Assembly: GCA_045600765.1 (NCBI GenBank)
Contig: JAZRYM010000048.1
Location: 1 to 58,469, forward strand
Reading direction: 5' to 3'
DNA from: Acutalibacteraceae bacterium
GTDB lineage: Bacteria; Bacillota; Clostridia; Oscillospirales; Acutalibacteraceae
Length of the DNA: 58,469 nucleotides
Part shown: positions 7,106-16,715 of the stretch, one piece after another
Layout of the letters: the number at the start of each line of letters is the position of its first letter
Position numbering within the stretch: the stretch's first letter is position 1
Translations under genes and position numbers: made by a program
Notes under the pieces: generated by a model
Seen by the model: only the letters and a program-made list of their open reading frames with translations
What the model was told of the DNA's origin: nothing
Database searches by the model: none

Positions 7106-8136
7106 CTTTGCACCCATTCGGAACGGTCGTAGGAAAAGAGGTTGACGTCGTAAATGTTCTCAATCGACGCCTTTTCGGAAGCGATGGCACGTCCCGCACC
7201 GAGCGCCACACAGTCGGCGGGATGGTCGGCTTTGTGACATTCCACCCCGAGTTCCCGCGACAGCCGTTCGCACAATCCAAATAAATTAGCGCAACCGCCC
7301 GACACGGTAATCCCGTTTGTCATCACATCTCCCGCCATTTCGGGCGGCGTGTTGTCAAGCACCTCCTGAACAGCCGAAAGAATGGTCGAAAAGGAGGCGG
7401 AAAGCGCCTCAAATACGTCGGCGGCGGTCACCGTTTTGACACACGGAAGACCCGAAACGCCGTCTCTGCCGCGCACTTCCATCGAGCCCTCTCGCGGCAA
7501 AAGACCGCCGATTTCCCGCTTGATTTGCTCCGCGGTTTTTTGTCCGATAAGGTGATTGTAGCGACTGCGTACCATACGAACGATGGCCTCATCCATATCG
7601 TCGCCCGCCATTTTCACCGATTTGGCAGATGCCACGTTTCCGAGCGAAAGCACACCGATATCGGTCGTACCCGCACCGATATCCACAATCATATTGCCGA
7701 GCGGCTCCTCTACCGACAACCCCGCGCCGAACGCCGCGGCAATGGATTCTTCCACCAACGCCACGCGGCGAATGCCCACCGCCGTTGCCGCCTGCACCAC
7801 CGAGCGTTCCTCCACCTCGGTTGCCACCGCGGGAACGGCAATCGCGGCGCGCGGCTTAAACACTTTGAACGCGCACACTTTGTTGACGAACGCGCGCAAC
7901 ATCTTTTCCGCCGCATCGTAATCGGATACCACCCCTTTGCGCATCGGGCGAATTACCCGAATGGTGGCGGGCTCTTTCTCCATCATTTCATAGGCTTCAC
8001 TTCCTACGGCAATGACTCGCCCGCGTTTTGTCTCCACCGCAATCGCCGCCGGTTCGCACAGCACGATACCCGCGCCCTCACGGTAAATCGCCACTTTGGA
8101 CGTGCCCAAATCAATTCCCAAATTGGTTCCCGTCAT
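7102..8136 (-). CDS. mreB: Rod-shape determining actin homologue, MreB/Mbl family
   Basis: Start set at MTGTNLGIDLGTSKV (ATG 8136). Motifs IRPMRKGVVSDYD, VDIGAGTTD, VSGGCANL. ATGA overlap with the comFC stop. Confidence 0.9.
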   Translation of the reverse strand: MTGTNLGIDLGTSKVAIYREGAGIVLCEPAAIAVETKRGRVIAVGSEAYEMMEKEPATIRVIRPMRKGVVSDYDAAEKMLRAFVNKVCAFKVFKPRAAIAVPAVATEVEERSVVQAATAVGIRRVALVEESIAAAFGAGLSVEEPLGNMIVDIGAGTTDIGVLSLGNVASAKSVKMAGDDMDEAIVRMVRSRYNHLIGQKTAEQIKREIGGLLPREGSMEVRGRDGVSGLPCVKTVTAADVFEALSASFSTILSAVQEVLDNTPPEMAGDVMTNGITVSGGCANLFGLCERLSRELGVECHKADHPADCVALGAGRAIASEKASIENIYDVNLFSYDRSEWVQS

Positions 8137-8855
8137 TCGGATTTCCCCCTCTCCAACCGAGTTTTCGCAAGCGTAGCCCCGTAAACGGCGCGTGCTTTGT
8201 AAATTTTCAGTATCAGCGCACATTCGCGCAAGGTCGCGCCGGTGGTGCACACGTCATCCACCACCAAAAACCGCTTGTCCGACACGTCCGCATCGGCAAG
8301 ACAGTCAAGCGCGCCACGCAAGTTCCCCTCGCGTTTGGACGCTTCGACCTCCTTTTGCGGTTTGGTCGGAAACGCCTTATACAGTGTCGGATACACGGGC
8401 AAACCAAGTCGTTTGCCCACCTCCCGCGCGAGCCACTCACTCTGGTTATAGCCGCGCGCACGGTAGTCGGCATTTTCCATCGGTACAAAGGTCACCGCAT
8501 CAAACGGTATACCCTCAAACTCCTGCTGTACCGTTTCGGCGATTTCGCGCGCATAGTGAGCGGCGGCAAGGCTTGTCCCTCTTGCCTTAAAGCGCAACAC
8601 GCCGCGCTTAACCGCGCCCTCATACCGAAACGGCGCACAGACCGCGTCAAGTACGGTATCTACGCTTTGGCAGGTGCACACCGCTTTCGACAGCCCGCAC
8701 CGATGACACAGCGGACGTTCCTGCCGCGGCAACGTCGCGGCGCAGTAGTTACATACCGCGACACCCGCGTGCACCACAGTATCGCAAAAGACACACCGTT
8801 CCGGGAAGAACACCGCAAGTGCCCGCCTTGACAGCGGCAACCGTGTTTTTCTCAT
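8133..8855 (-). CDS. comFC: ComF family protein / amidophosphoribosyltransferase-like (ComFC)
   Basis: N-terminal Cys4 region (CVFCD...CNYC...CHRCG) and PRPP motif FLVVDDVCTTGATL. Start chosen at MRKTRLPL (8855), which gives an ATGA overlap with the recD2 stop. Confidence 0.85.
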   Translation of the reverse strand: MRKTRLPLSRRALAVFFPERCVFCDTVVHAGVAVCNYCAATLPRQERPLCHRCGLSKAVCTCQSVDTVLDAVCAPFRYEGAVKRGVLRFKARGTSLAAAHYAREIAETVQQEFEGIPFDAVTFVPMENADYRARGYNQSEWLAREVGKRLGLPVYPTLYKAFPTKPQKEVEASKREGNLRGALDCLADADVSDKRFLVVDDVCTTGATLRECALILKIYKARAVYGATLAKTRLERGKSE

Positions 8856-11074
8856 ACCGCACCGTCCTCGTCCCACGCGGTCAAAAAGGTTTTGAGACCG
8901 CTGTACCGCAAAGTTTTGCGGTCGTTTTCAATCATCCGCATAAGCACGCCGTCGTTCCCTACAATCACCAGCAGGTTTTTGGCGCGGGTAACGGCGGTAT
9001 ACAGCAAATGACGGTAGCAAAGCGGTGTCGGCACGTCAAACAGCGGAATAACCACAATGTCAAATTCGTTGCCCTGACTTTTATGTACCGTCGTCGCGTA
9101 GGCGAGTTCCAAATCCTCCGCATCGGCGCGCAGATAGGTAACGACACGCTCATCATCAAACCGCACGGTCAAGCAATCGTCCCGCTTGTTCACCTCGGTC
9201 AGCACGCCGATGTCGCCGTTAAACACGCCCGTTCCCACCGTGCCGTCCGTTTTCGTCCACGACAGGTCGTAGTTGTTGCGCGTTTGCATCACCTTGTCGC
9301 CCACGCGGAACATCCGAAATCCCGCCGTAAACTCCGCTTTGGTGGCAGAGGGCGGGTTGCATTTGTCTTGAAGCGCCTTGTTGAGTTCTTCCGTGCCGAC
9401 CCGCCCTTTGCGCGCGGGAACAAGCACCTGAATTCCCTCAAACATATTGGTACCGTAAGTCTCGGGCAGACGGCGGGAGCACAAATCCACCACCGCGTGA
9501 TGAACGGCGGCGGCGCTGTCCCGTTTCAGAAAGAAAAAGTCGGAGTCCTTTTCGCCGGCAAGCGGCGGTTTGCCCGCCACAATGCGGTGTGCGTTTTGCA
9601 CGATATGGCTTTCGAGCGCTTGACGAAACACCCGTTTCAGTTCCACCGCCGGCACCATTCCGCTCTCCACAAGGTCGCTTAATACGTTGCCCGCACCGAT
9701 AGCGGGCAGTTGGTGCGCGTCACCGACAAGCACCAACCGGCAATGCGGTTTGAGCGCACGAAGCAGCGCCGAAAAGAGCGCCACGTCCACCATCGACAGT
9801 TCGTCCACAATCACGGTATCCGCGTCAAGCGGGTTCATTTCGTCCCGCGCAAAGGAAGGCAAATCGTCCGTCGTCCATTGCACTTCAAGCAAGCGGTGAA
9901 TGGTTTTGGCATCCCGTCCGGTCAGTTCGCACATTCGCTTGGCGGCACGTCCGGTCGGCGCGGCAAGCACCACCGTTTCACCCTGCGCTTCCAACGCGGT
10001 CAAAATGGCTTTCAAGGTGGTCGTTTTGCCCGTTCCCGGCCCACCCGTCAAAATGAAAATCTGCCGCTTCAACGCGGTTTCAATCGCCGTGCGTTGCTCG
10101 TTTTCATACACAATGCCGTCCGCGCGCTCCACCGCTTCCAAAAGACGGTCGGTGTCGCCCACGTAAAGCGGCGTTCCCTCCACCCGCGCGCGCACTTCTT
10201 TTGCGATGTATTGCTCCTGCACAAACAGTTCCGGCAAAAAGGCAAACGTCTGTCCTCGCAAGGTGGAAAAAACCACTTTTCCACGCCCGGCAAGGGCATT
10301 CAATCCGTCGGTCACGGTGTTGAGCGGAATTTGCAACAACCCCGCCGTCACCTCGCACAACTTGTCGGTCGGCAGGCACGTATGCCCGTTGTGCGTGTTG
10401 TGGCGCAGTACGTGCATTACCGCCGCCTGCACGCGGCGCGGGTCGTCCGCAAGCCATTGCCGTTCCTCGCAAAAGGCATCCACGCGGTCAAAGGAAACGC
10501 CGAGTGTCCCCTCGCACAAAATGTAGGGATTTTCGCGGATTTTATCAACGGCGGCGGCACCCCATTTTTTGTAACAGCGCAAACACTCCGTCGGAGTAAG
10601 CCCGAATTCCGCGAGCAGTAACATCGCTTCTCGAAGCCCAAACTGTTCGGCGAACGCCTCGCCCATTTGACGGGCGGTCGCCACCGTAATGCCGGAAATT
10701 TCCGCGAGCCGTTCCGGCTCCTCCTGCAACACGCGTAGGGTATCGTCCCCGAACACGCGGACGATTTTCAGCGCGCGGCCGGGCCCAATCCCTTTCACCG
10801 CGCCCGAACTCAAATAGCGCAAAATCGCGGAAGCATCGGTCGGCAAACGCCGCTCACATTGCTCCGCGCGAAATTGCGCGCCGAAAGTCGCGTGCTCCGT
10901 AAAGGTGCCGCGTGCGCGAATTTGCTCGCCCACCGCCACTTCCGGCAACACGCCGACGACTGTATGTAATTGTTCGTCGCTCGAAACTTCCAGCACTGTC
11001 CACCCGTTGTCCGGGTTGCGGAACACCACTCGTTCCACCGTGCCGCACAGTTCCTGCCGTTCTCTGTCGTCCAT
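8852..11074 (-). CDS. recD2: SF1 ATP-dependent RecD-like DNA helicase (RecD2)
   Basis: 740 aa. Walker A GGPGTGKTT, Walker B VDELSMVD, C-terminal TVHKSQGNEF, N-terminal OB/HhH region. Confidence 0.9.
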   Translation of the reverse strand: MDDRERQELCGTVERVVFRNPDNGWTVLEVSSDEQLHTVVGVLPEVAVGEQIRARGTFTEHATFGAQFRAEQCERRLPTDASAILRYLSSGAVKGIGPGRALKIVRVFGDDTLRVLQEEPERLAEISGITVATARQMGEAFAEQFGLREAMLLLAEFGLTPTECLRCYKKWGAAAVDKIRENPYILCEGTLGVSFDRVDAFCEERQWLADDPRRVQAAVMHVLRHNTHNGHTCLPTDKLCEVTAGLLQIPLNTVTDGLNALAGRGKVVFSTLRGQTFAFLPELFVQEQYIAKEVRARVEGTPLYVGDTDRLLEAVERADGIVYENEQRTAIETALKRQIFILTGGPGTGKTTTLKAILTALEAQGETVVLAAPTGRAAKRMCELTGRDAKTIHRLLEVQWTTDDLPSFARDEMNPLDADTVIVDELSMVDVALFSALLRALKPHCRLVLVGDAHQLPAIGAGNVLSDLVESGMVPAVELKRVFRQALESHIVQNAHRIVAGKPPLAGEKDSDFFFLKRDSAAAVHHAVVDLCSRRLPETYGTNMFEGIQVLVPARKGRVGTEELNKALQDKCNPPSATKAEFTAGFRMFRVGDKVMQTRNNYDLSWTKTDGTVGTGVFNGDIGVLTEVNKRDDCLTVRFDDERVVTYLRADAEDLELAYATTVHKSQGNEFDIVVIPLFDVPTPLCYRHLLYTAVTRAKNLLVIVGNDGVLMRMIENDRKTLRYSGLKTFLTAWDEDGAV

Positions 11075-11122
11075 ACCGTTCGTCCTTTGTCTTTCAAATC
11101 TTACAGATAAAAACAGTATACT

Positions 11123-11425
11123 CTATTTCGATAAAAAAAGCAATATTTCCGCCACATTCGACAAAGAAATTCTGCCGTTTTTTTCGATTTTTTCCGTTTT
11201 TTGTGTTTCCTCCTCCTCCGTCCAAAACATCACGGGATGTCCCTCCCGTTCCTCCCACAGTTGCACCGTCAGCGGGGTCAACGTCTGCTCGTCCTCACAC
11301 CGCACAAGCGTCACCGCTTTCATCTCTTTCGGAATCCAAATCCACGCAAAAAACCGCACGATTCCCTCGCATAGTCCGTACACCGCAAGCACACCTACCA
11401 TCACGAAAAACGCCACGGTACTCAT
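11123..11425 (-). CDS. Hypothetical small membrane protein with an acidic C-terminal half
   Basis: Start set at MSTVAFFVMVGVLAVYGL (RBS AAAGGGG 7 nt upstream). One TM helix, then EEREGH...TEEEETQKTEKIEK. No recognisable family. Confidence 0.4.
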   Translation of the reverse strand: MSTVAFFVMVGVLAVYGLCEGIVRFFAWIWIPKEMKAVTLVRCEDEQTLTPLTVQLWEEREGHPVMFWTEEEETQKTEKIEKNGRISLSNVAEILLFLSK

Positions 11426-11508
11426 ACGCTCGCCCCTTTCCGACAAAATCCCTCCGCGCCCATCCCCGTTTGTCGTTATCAGCCTATGCCAAACGGGCAC
11501 AAAACGTG

Positions 11509-11538
11509 AAAAAAGCACCGTCCGCAGACGGTGCTTTT
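11509..11538 (-). terminator. Rho-independent terminator downstream of trkA
   Basis: Stem GCACCGTC (11515-11522) / GACGGTGC (11527-11534), CGCA loop. A6 on the plus strand (11509-11514) gives T6 on the minus strand. Confidence 0.7.
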
Positions 11539-11568
11539 GAAAAATTTGAAGAATTATGTAAAGGAACT

Positions 11569-12924
11569 TTATGCGAAAATATCGTTCAAATCGTCCATAC
11601 CGGTGTTGGTCGTCACCACAATCACGCGGTCGTTGGCGTGAACCATATCGTCGCCGCTGGGATAGAGAATTTTGCCGTCACGCACAATGCTGACGATAAG
11701 CAAATTCTTTTTGAGTTTCAGCGTTTTCAGCGGCATATCCACACCCTTGAAATCGGTATTCACCTGAAATTCAATCGCTTCCACCTTGCCGCCGACGATT
11801 TTGGACAACGCGAGCATACTTCCGCCGGACGAACTCTGCATCGCGCGCACGTACCGCACAATGCGGTCAGCGGCGATGGTGTGCGGCGTAATAACACATT
11901 CAATGCCCGCTTTGGAGAGCACTTCACCGAAAGAAATATGGTTGACTTTCGTGATGACTTTCGGCACATTGCACGACCCGGCATACATCGAAATCACCAC
12001 GTTTTCTTCGTCCAGTCCGGTCAGCGCCACCAGCGCGTCCACCTCCTCGGCGCCTTCCTCTTTCAGCGTTTCGCGGTCGGAGCCGTCGCCGCAAAGCACC
12101 GTCGCTTTCGGATAGCGGTCTGCAAGCAGTTCGCACCGTTTCTCGTCACGGTCAAGCACTTTTACGCGGATGCCCGCTTCAAGCAATTCGCGAATAAGAT
12201 AATAGGCGATTTTGCCGCCGCCCACAATCATCGCGGTGCGGGTTTTGGTGCTCGTAAGTCCCAAAGTGCGGAACAGTTGCGAAATATCGTTCGGCGCGGC
12301 GGTTAGGCTGATGCGGTCGCCCTCTTGCGGGACGAAATCGCCGTTCGGAATAATCACTTCGTTGTCGCGTTGCACGGCGCAAATCAAAATTTGCGCTTTG
12401 AACAGCGATGACAACTGAGAAAGCGGATGCCCGATAATCGGGCTATCGGCGGGAAGTTTTAGTTCCACGATTTCGATGCGACCTTTGGCAAAAAAGTCCA
12501 CTTTCATCGCCGACGGGAAACGCAAAATACGGGAAATATCGGTTGCCGCCTCTTTTTCGGGGTTGATGGCAAGACTCAAGTTCAACTCGTCCCGCAAGGT
12601 CAACACGCTTTTGGCGTAATCCGGTTCGCGGACACGGGCAATGGTGTGTTTTGCTCCCAACTTTTTGGCGAGCAAACAGCAGATAATGTTCTGCTCATCC
12701 GTCGGGGTGACGGCAATCACCAAATCCGCCGTCGGCACACCCGCTTGCACTTGAATATCCTGGTTAATACCGTTGCCCTGGATGCACGAAACGTCCATAG
12801 AGTTGCGCGTGACACCGATAACCCGTTCGTTATTGTCTACAACAACAACGTCGTGTCCCTCCTCCACCAAACTTTCCGAAAGGGACGCACCTAATTTGCC
12901 GTTGCCGACCACCACGATTTTCAT
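11569..12924 (-). CDS. trkA: Trk-type potassium uptake protein TrkA (double RCK/NAD-binding)
   Basis: 451 aa. Two Rossmann starts, MKIVVVGNGKLG and AMIVGGGKIAYY, each followed by an RCK_C-like segment. Confidence 0.9.
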   Translation of the reverse strand: MKIVVVGNGKLGASLSESLVEEGHDVVVVDNNERVIGVTRNSMDVSCIQGNGINQDIQVQAGVPTADLVIAVTPTDEQNIICCLLAKKLGAKHTIARVREPDYAKSVLTLRDELNLSLAINPEKEAATDISRILRFPSAMKVDFFAKGRIEIVELKLPADSPIIGHPLSQLSSLFKAQILICAVQRDNEVIIPNGDFVPQEGDRISLTAAPNDISQLFRTLGLTSTKTRTAMIVGGGKIAYYLIRELLEAGIRVKVLDRDEKRCELLADRYPKATVLCGDGSDRETLKEEGAEEVDALVALTGLDEENVVISMYAGSCNVPKVITKVNHISFGEVLSKAGIECVITPHTIAADRIVRYVRAMQSSSGGSMLALSKIVGGKVEAIEFQVNTDFKGVDMPLKTLKLKKNLLIVSIVRDGKILYPSGDDMVHANDRVIVVTTNTGMDDLNDIFA

Positions 12925-12961
12925 GGGAAAACACCTCGGTTTCTTTTCGATTTACTGGATT

Positions 12962-13834
12962 TCAATACTTTTCCACGTTCAGTTCCTTGCGCATCGCGCA
13001 ATAGCTTTCGTGGCGAGAGGGCGCAATTTCGCCCGCTTTAACCGCTTCGCACACCGCGCACCCTTTTTCCGATTCGTGGTGACAGGAAGCGAATTGACAG
13101 CGCCCGAGATAGGGCACAAATTCACGAAAACAAAACGGCAGGTTATCGGGGTCTAAATCGGTCAGCCGTTGCAGTTCAAGCGACGAAAACCCGGGTGTAT
13201 CCGCAAAAAACCCGCCGTCTTCCCGCTCATACAACACGGTCGCGCGCGTAGTGTGCCGTCCGCGTCCGAGTTTGCGGCTGGTTTCACCAATCGGCAAGCC
13301 GAGCCGCGGGTCTAAGCGATTGAGGAGAGACGATTTCCCCACCCCGCTGTTACCGGAAAAGACGCAAAACTGTCCTTTCAGTGCTTCGCTCAGCGCAGAG
13401 ATGCCCTCGCCCGTTTGCGCCGACACGGTAAAGGTGGAAAATCCCGCCTTTTCATACAGCGCGTGCAAAGCGGACACATCCTCCAAATCGGACTTGTTAA
13501 ACACCACCACCGGCTCGATTTCCTGCTCCTCCGCGAGGGCAATCATCGTGTCGAGTACGGGTAAATTCGGTGCGGGGTCGGTAGCGGACACCACAAGCAC
13601 CAACGCATCTACGTTGGCGACCGGTGGGCGGCGCAAGGCGTTTTTGCGAGGCAACAACTCCTCAATCGCGCCCGTTCCGTCTTCCTGCACAAACACGCGC
13701 ACAAAATCCCCCGCAAGAGGCGATGCCCCTTGCCGACGAAGCGACCCGCGCCCGCGACATTCCACCGTTCCCGTATCGGTTTTCACGGTATAAAACCCAC
13801 CGAGAACGCCGAGAACCCGTCCTTGTTTTTCCAT
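12962..13834 (-). CDS. rsgA: Ribosome small-subunit-dependent GTPase A
   Basis: Circularly permuted GTPase: VFNKSDL (G4) precedes GNSGVGKSSLLN (G1). C-terminal zinc knuckle CQFASCHHESEKGC. Confidence 0.92.
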   Translation of the reverse strand: MEKQGRVLGVLGGFYTVKTDTGTVECRGRGSLRRQGASPLAGDFVRVFVQEDGTGAIEELLPRKNALRRPPVANVDALVLVVSATDPAPNLPVLDTMIALAEEQEIEPVVVFNKSDLEDVSALHALYEKAGFSTFTVSAQTGEGISALSEALKGQFCVFSGNSGVGKSSLLNRLDPRLGLPIGETSRKLGRGRHTTRATVLYEREDGGFFADTPGFSSLELQRLTDLDPDNLPFCFREFVPYLGRCQFASCHHESEKGCAVCEAVKAGEIAPSRHESYCAMRKELNVEKY

Positions 13835-13837
13835 TCG

Positions 13838-15922
13838 TTATTCCTCTTCCGCGGGCACGTCGGGAGAGGGTTCATCCCCTCCGGCGTTCTGCGGCTCGGT
13901 CGTTTTCGACGCCTCGGTTGTTTTCGGTGCTTCGGTCGTCGTCACCGGCTCGCTGAACGAGTGTTTTTCGACGACATTGGCTTTACCCGCCACCGGATCC
14001 ACCGTGTATTTGTAGTACGGTTGATATTTGCCGGAACCGGCAACCGCAATATGCACCGTCACGCTGTATTTCGTGCCGCGCACTTCGGTAAAGGTCAGCG
14101 TTTTGACTCCCAAATCGGAAGGAAGCAGCCCTTGCAATCCTTTGGAGTAATCGGCATTATACGAGCCGTCCACGTACACTTGCAAATCCACCGCGCACGA
14201 AACGGACGGCAACGGCAACGCCACTTGCACGTCACGGTAGCCGGAACTGACGACAAGCGCAATCCCCGTGCCGGGTTTCAGGCTCTCGCCGCCGGACGGG
14301 CTTTGATCCAGCACCGTTCCCGCCGGTTTGTCACTGTTTATCTCTTTGCTAACCGAGGGTTGAAACCCTTGTTCGGTCAGGCGTTTTATCGCATCGTCCT
14401 TTTTCGAGCCGACCACGTCGTCCACTTTGATGGGGTCAGGTTCTTTGACACCCGTACTGACGTAGACGTACACGACGGTACCTTTAACGACCGGCGTATC
14501 GGCGGGTGTAATTTTAATGACGTTGCCAACCGCCACGTCGTCCGACGGAGCTTCCACTTTTTGCGGTTCCAACAAAAGCGCTTTCAGCCGCGACATAATC
14601 TGCGCTTCCGGCTGACTGCCGTTGATTTCGGGCAACTCGATTGCCTGCGCACCTTTGCTGATAGTCAGCGTCAGCACCTTGGTTTTGGGCTTCACGTGTT
14701 TGTTTGCCGCGGGATTTTGCGCCGCCACAAACCCTTTTTCATACTCGTTGTTATACTCGTATTCCAGGGTCACATCAGCGAAATCCTTAAACGTCTCCGC
14801 CGACAAATCGTCGTATTTCTTGCCGACGAAGTTGGGCACGACAAGCGTGTCTTTCCCGCCGTTGCCGAAAAGCCAGTTGTTCGCCATCGCCACGATACCG
14901 AACACAAGGAGCACCAACAAAATCGCTCCCGCGCCAATCAGCATCCAAAACGGTTTGGAGAAAAGGAATTTTTTCTTTTCAATCGGCTCGGCATTTGCCG
15001 GTTTTACGCGGTTCGTCCCTTTGATGCTCGTAATCGCATCCACATAGCGCGTCGGGTTTTCGTCGGTGAGATAGGTATAGGCGAAATGGATGCTGGGATT
15101 TTGCTTAAACTCCTGAATATCCTGCAACATCTCCGCCGCCGACTGATAGCGTTTTTCGGGATTTTTCTGCATCGCTTTCATCGTGATTTCTTCGAGACCC
15201 TCGGGAATATCGGGGTTGACCTCGGTCGGCTTTTTCGCCTGCGACTGCAACTGCATAATCGCGACCGACACCGCGTTGTCCGCTTCAAACGGCAACATTC
15301 CGGTCAGCATTTCATACAACATCACACCGACCGAATAAATATCGGATTTCTCATCGGTCAACGCACCGCGCGCCTGCTCCGGGCTGATATAATGCACCGA
15401 GCCGATTGCTTTGTTCGTGTGGTCGGTGCGCACATCGGTACGGGAAAAGCGGGCAATCCCGAAGTCGGTCACTTTAATGGTGCCGTCCGCGAGCAACATA
15501 ATATTCTGCGGTTTGATGTCGCGGTGCACAATCCCCTTGTCGTGGGCGTGTTGCAACGCGCGCAAAATCTGCTGCACGAAATACACCGCTTCCTGCCACG
15601 TCACCCGTTGCTGTTCGATATACTCTTTGAGCGAAATGCCGTCGATGTACTCCATGACGATATATTGGATTTTGTCGCCGAAACTCACGTCAAGCACCTT
15701 GACGATATTCGGGTGCGACAAAATGGCAATCGCTTTCGACTCGTTTTTGAACCGACGGGTAAACTCCTCGTTGGTCAAATACTCATCTTTCAGGATTTTG
15801 ACTGCCACTTCCCGTTCGTCAATCGAATCGTAGGCGCAATAGACGTACGCCATTCCGCCCACGCCGATGAGTTCCCGGATTTCATACCGTCCGTCCAGTC
15901 GTTTTCCGATGTACTTGTCCAT
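13838..15922 (-). CDS. prkC: Ser/Thr protein kinase with extracellular PASTA repeats
   Basis: HRDIKPQNIML, DFGIAR, SPEQA kinase motifs; one TM helix; three PASTA-like repeats; C-terminal Ig-like extension and a TTEAPK-type tail. Confidence 0.93.
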   Translation of the reverse strand: MDKYIGKRLDGRYEIRELIGVGGMAYVYCAYDSIDEREVAVKILKDEYLTNEEFTRRFKNESKAIAILSHPNIVKVLDVSFGDKIQYIVMEYIDGISLKEYIEQQRVTWQEAVYFVQQILRALQHAHDKGIVHRDIKPQNIMLLADGTIKVTDFGIARFSRTDVRTDHTNKAIGSVHYISPEQARGALTDEKSDIYSVGVMLYEMLTGMLPFEADNAVSVAIMQLQSQAKKPTEVNPDIPEGLEEITMKAMQKNPEKRYQSAAEMLQDIQEFKQNPSIHFAYTYLTDENPTRYVDAITSIKGTNRVKPANAEPIEKKKFLFSKPFWMLIGAGAILLVLLVFGIVAMANNWLFGNGGKDTLVVPNFVGKKYDDLSAETFKDFADVTLEYEYNNEYEKGFVAAQNPAANKHVKPKTKVLTLTISKGAQAIELPEINGSQPEAQIMSRLKALLLEPQKVEAPSDDVAVGNVIKITPADTPVVKGTVVYVYVSTGVKEPDPIKVDDVVGSKKDDAIKRLTEQGFQPSVSKEINSDKPAGTVLDQSPSGGESLKPGTGIALVVSSGYRDVQVALPLPSVSCAVDLQVYVDGSYNADYSKGLQGLLPSDLGVKTLTFTEVRGTKYSVTVHIAVAGSGKYQPYYKYTVDPVAGKANVVEKHSFSEPVTTTEAPKTTEASKTTEPQNAGGDEPSPDVPAEEE

Positions 15923-15943
15923 CTGTCCGTTCTCCTTCTCTTG

Positions 15944-16669
15944 TTAGGCTATCAATGTCACGGTAATGTTATCGCTTCCGCCCGCCATATTCGCGGCGTG
16001 AATCAATCGTTCCGCCGCCGTTTTCGGCGGGTAAGAAAGCAGGATTTTCCGAATTTCGTCCGTCTCAACCATATTGGTCAAGCCGTCGGTACAAAGCAGA
16101 AGTGCCGCACCGGCGGGCACGTCCCGCTCGTCGATGTCACATTCCACCGTTTCCTCCACTCCGAGCGCGCGGGTAATGAAGTGCTTGCGCGGGTGGGTTC
16201 TCGCCTCCGTTTCGGTGAGGCGGCCGCTCTCCACCATCTCTTGCACGAGCGAGTGGTCGCGGGTAACTTGTTCGAGTCCCTCCGCCGTGACAAGATAGGC
16301 ACGACTGTCACCGACGTGCGCGAGCACCGCGGTCGTTTTGCACACCACCGCCACCACGACGGTGGTGCCCATCCCCTGCAAATTCTCGTCCCGTTCGGCG
16401 GTATCGAAAATCTGCACGTTGGCGGCGGCAATCGCACATTCGAGCACATTGCGAATGGATTGCGGGGTCATATTTTCCCGATAGGCTTCACTCAGCCGCT
16501 CGGTAATGGTTTTGACGGCGAGGGTACTCGCGATGTTTCCGCCTTTGGCACCGCCCATTCCGTCACACACGACGGCGAACACCACGTCATCCGACAGACG
16601 GCCGCAAGCGAACGCGTCTTGGTTGTTCGGGCGCACACGCCCGGTATCTGTTTTTCCGTAAGTCTGCAC
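15944..16669 (-). CDS. prpC: PP2C-family Ser/Thr phosphatase (Stp/PrpC)
   Basis: RPNNQDAF, VCDGMGG, CTDGLTN, GGSDNITV motifs. Confidence 0.93.
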   Translation of the reverse strand: MQTYGKTDTGRVRPNNQDAFACGRLSDDVVFAVVCDGMGGAKGGNIASTLAVKTITERLSEAYRENMTPQSIRNVLECAIAAANVQIFDTAERDENLQGMGTTVVVAVVCKTTAVLAHVGDSRAYLVTAEGLEQVTRDHSLVQEMVESGRLTETEARTHPRKHFITRALGVEETVECDIDERDVPAGAALLLCTDGLTNMVETDEIRKILLSYPPKTAAERLIHAANMAGGSDNITVTLIA

Positions 16670-16715
16670 GGTGTTCCTCCTCTCGTGTTTCGACTTGGTT
16701 TTCTGAAAATTCCGT

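Noticed and set aside
12925-12961. Expected c-di-AMP or other riboswitch upstream of trkA
   Set aside because: Only 37 nt separate trkA from rsgA, which is too short for any known riboswitch.
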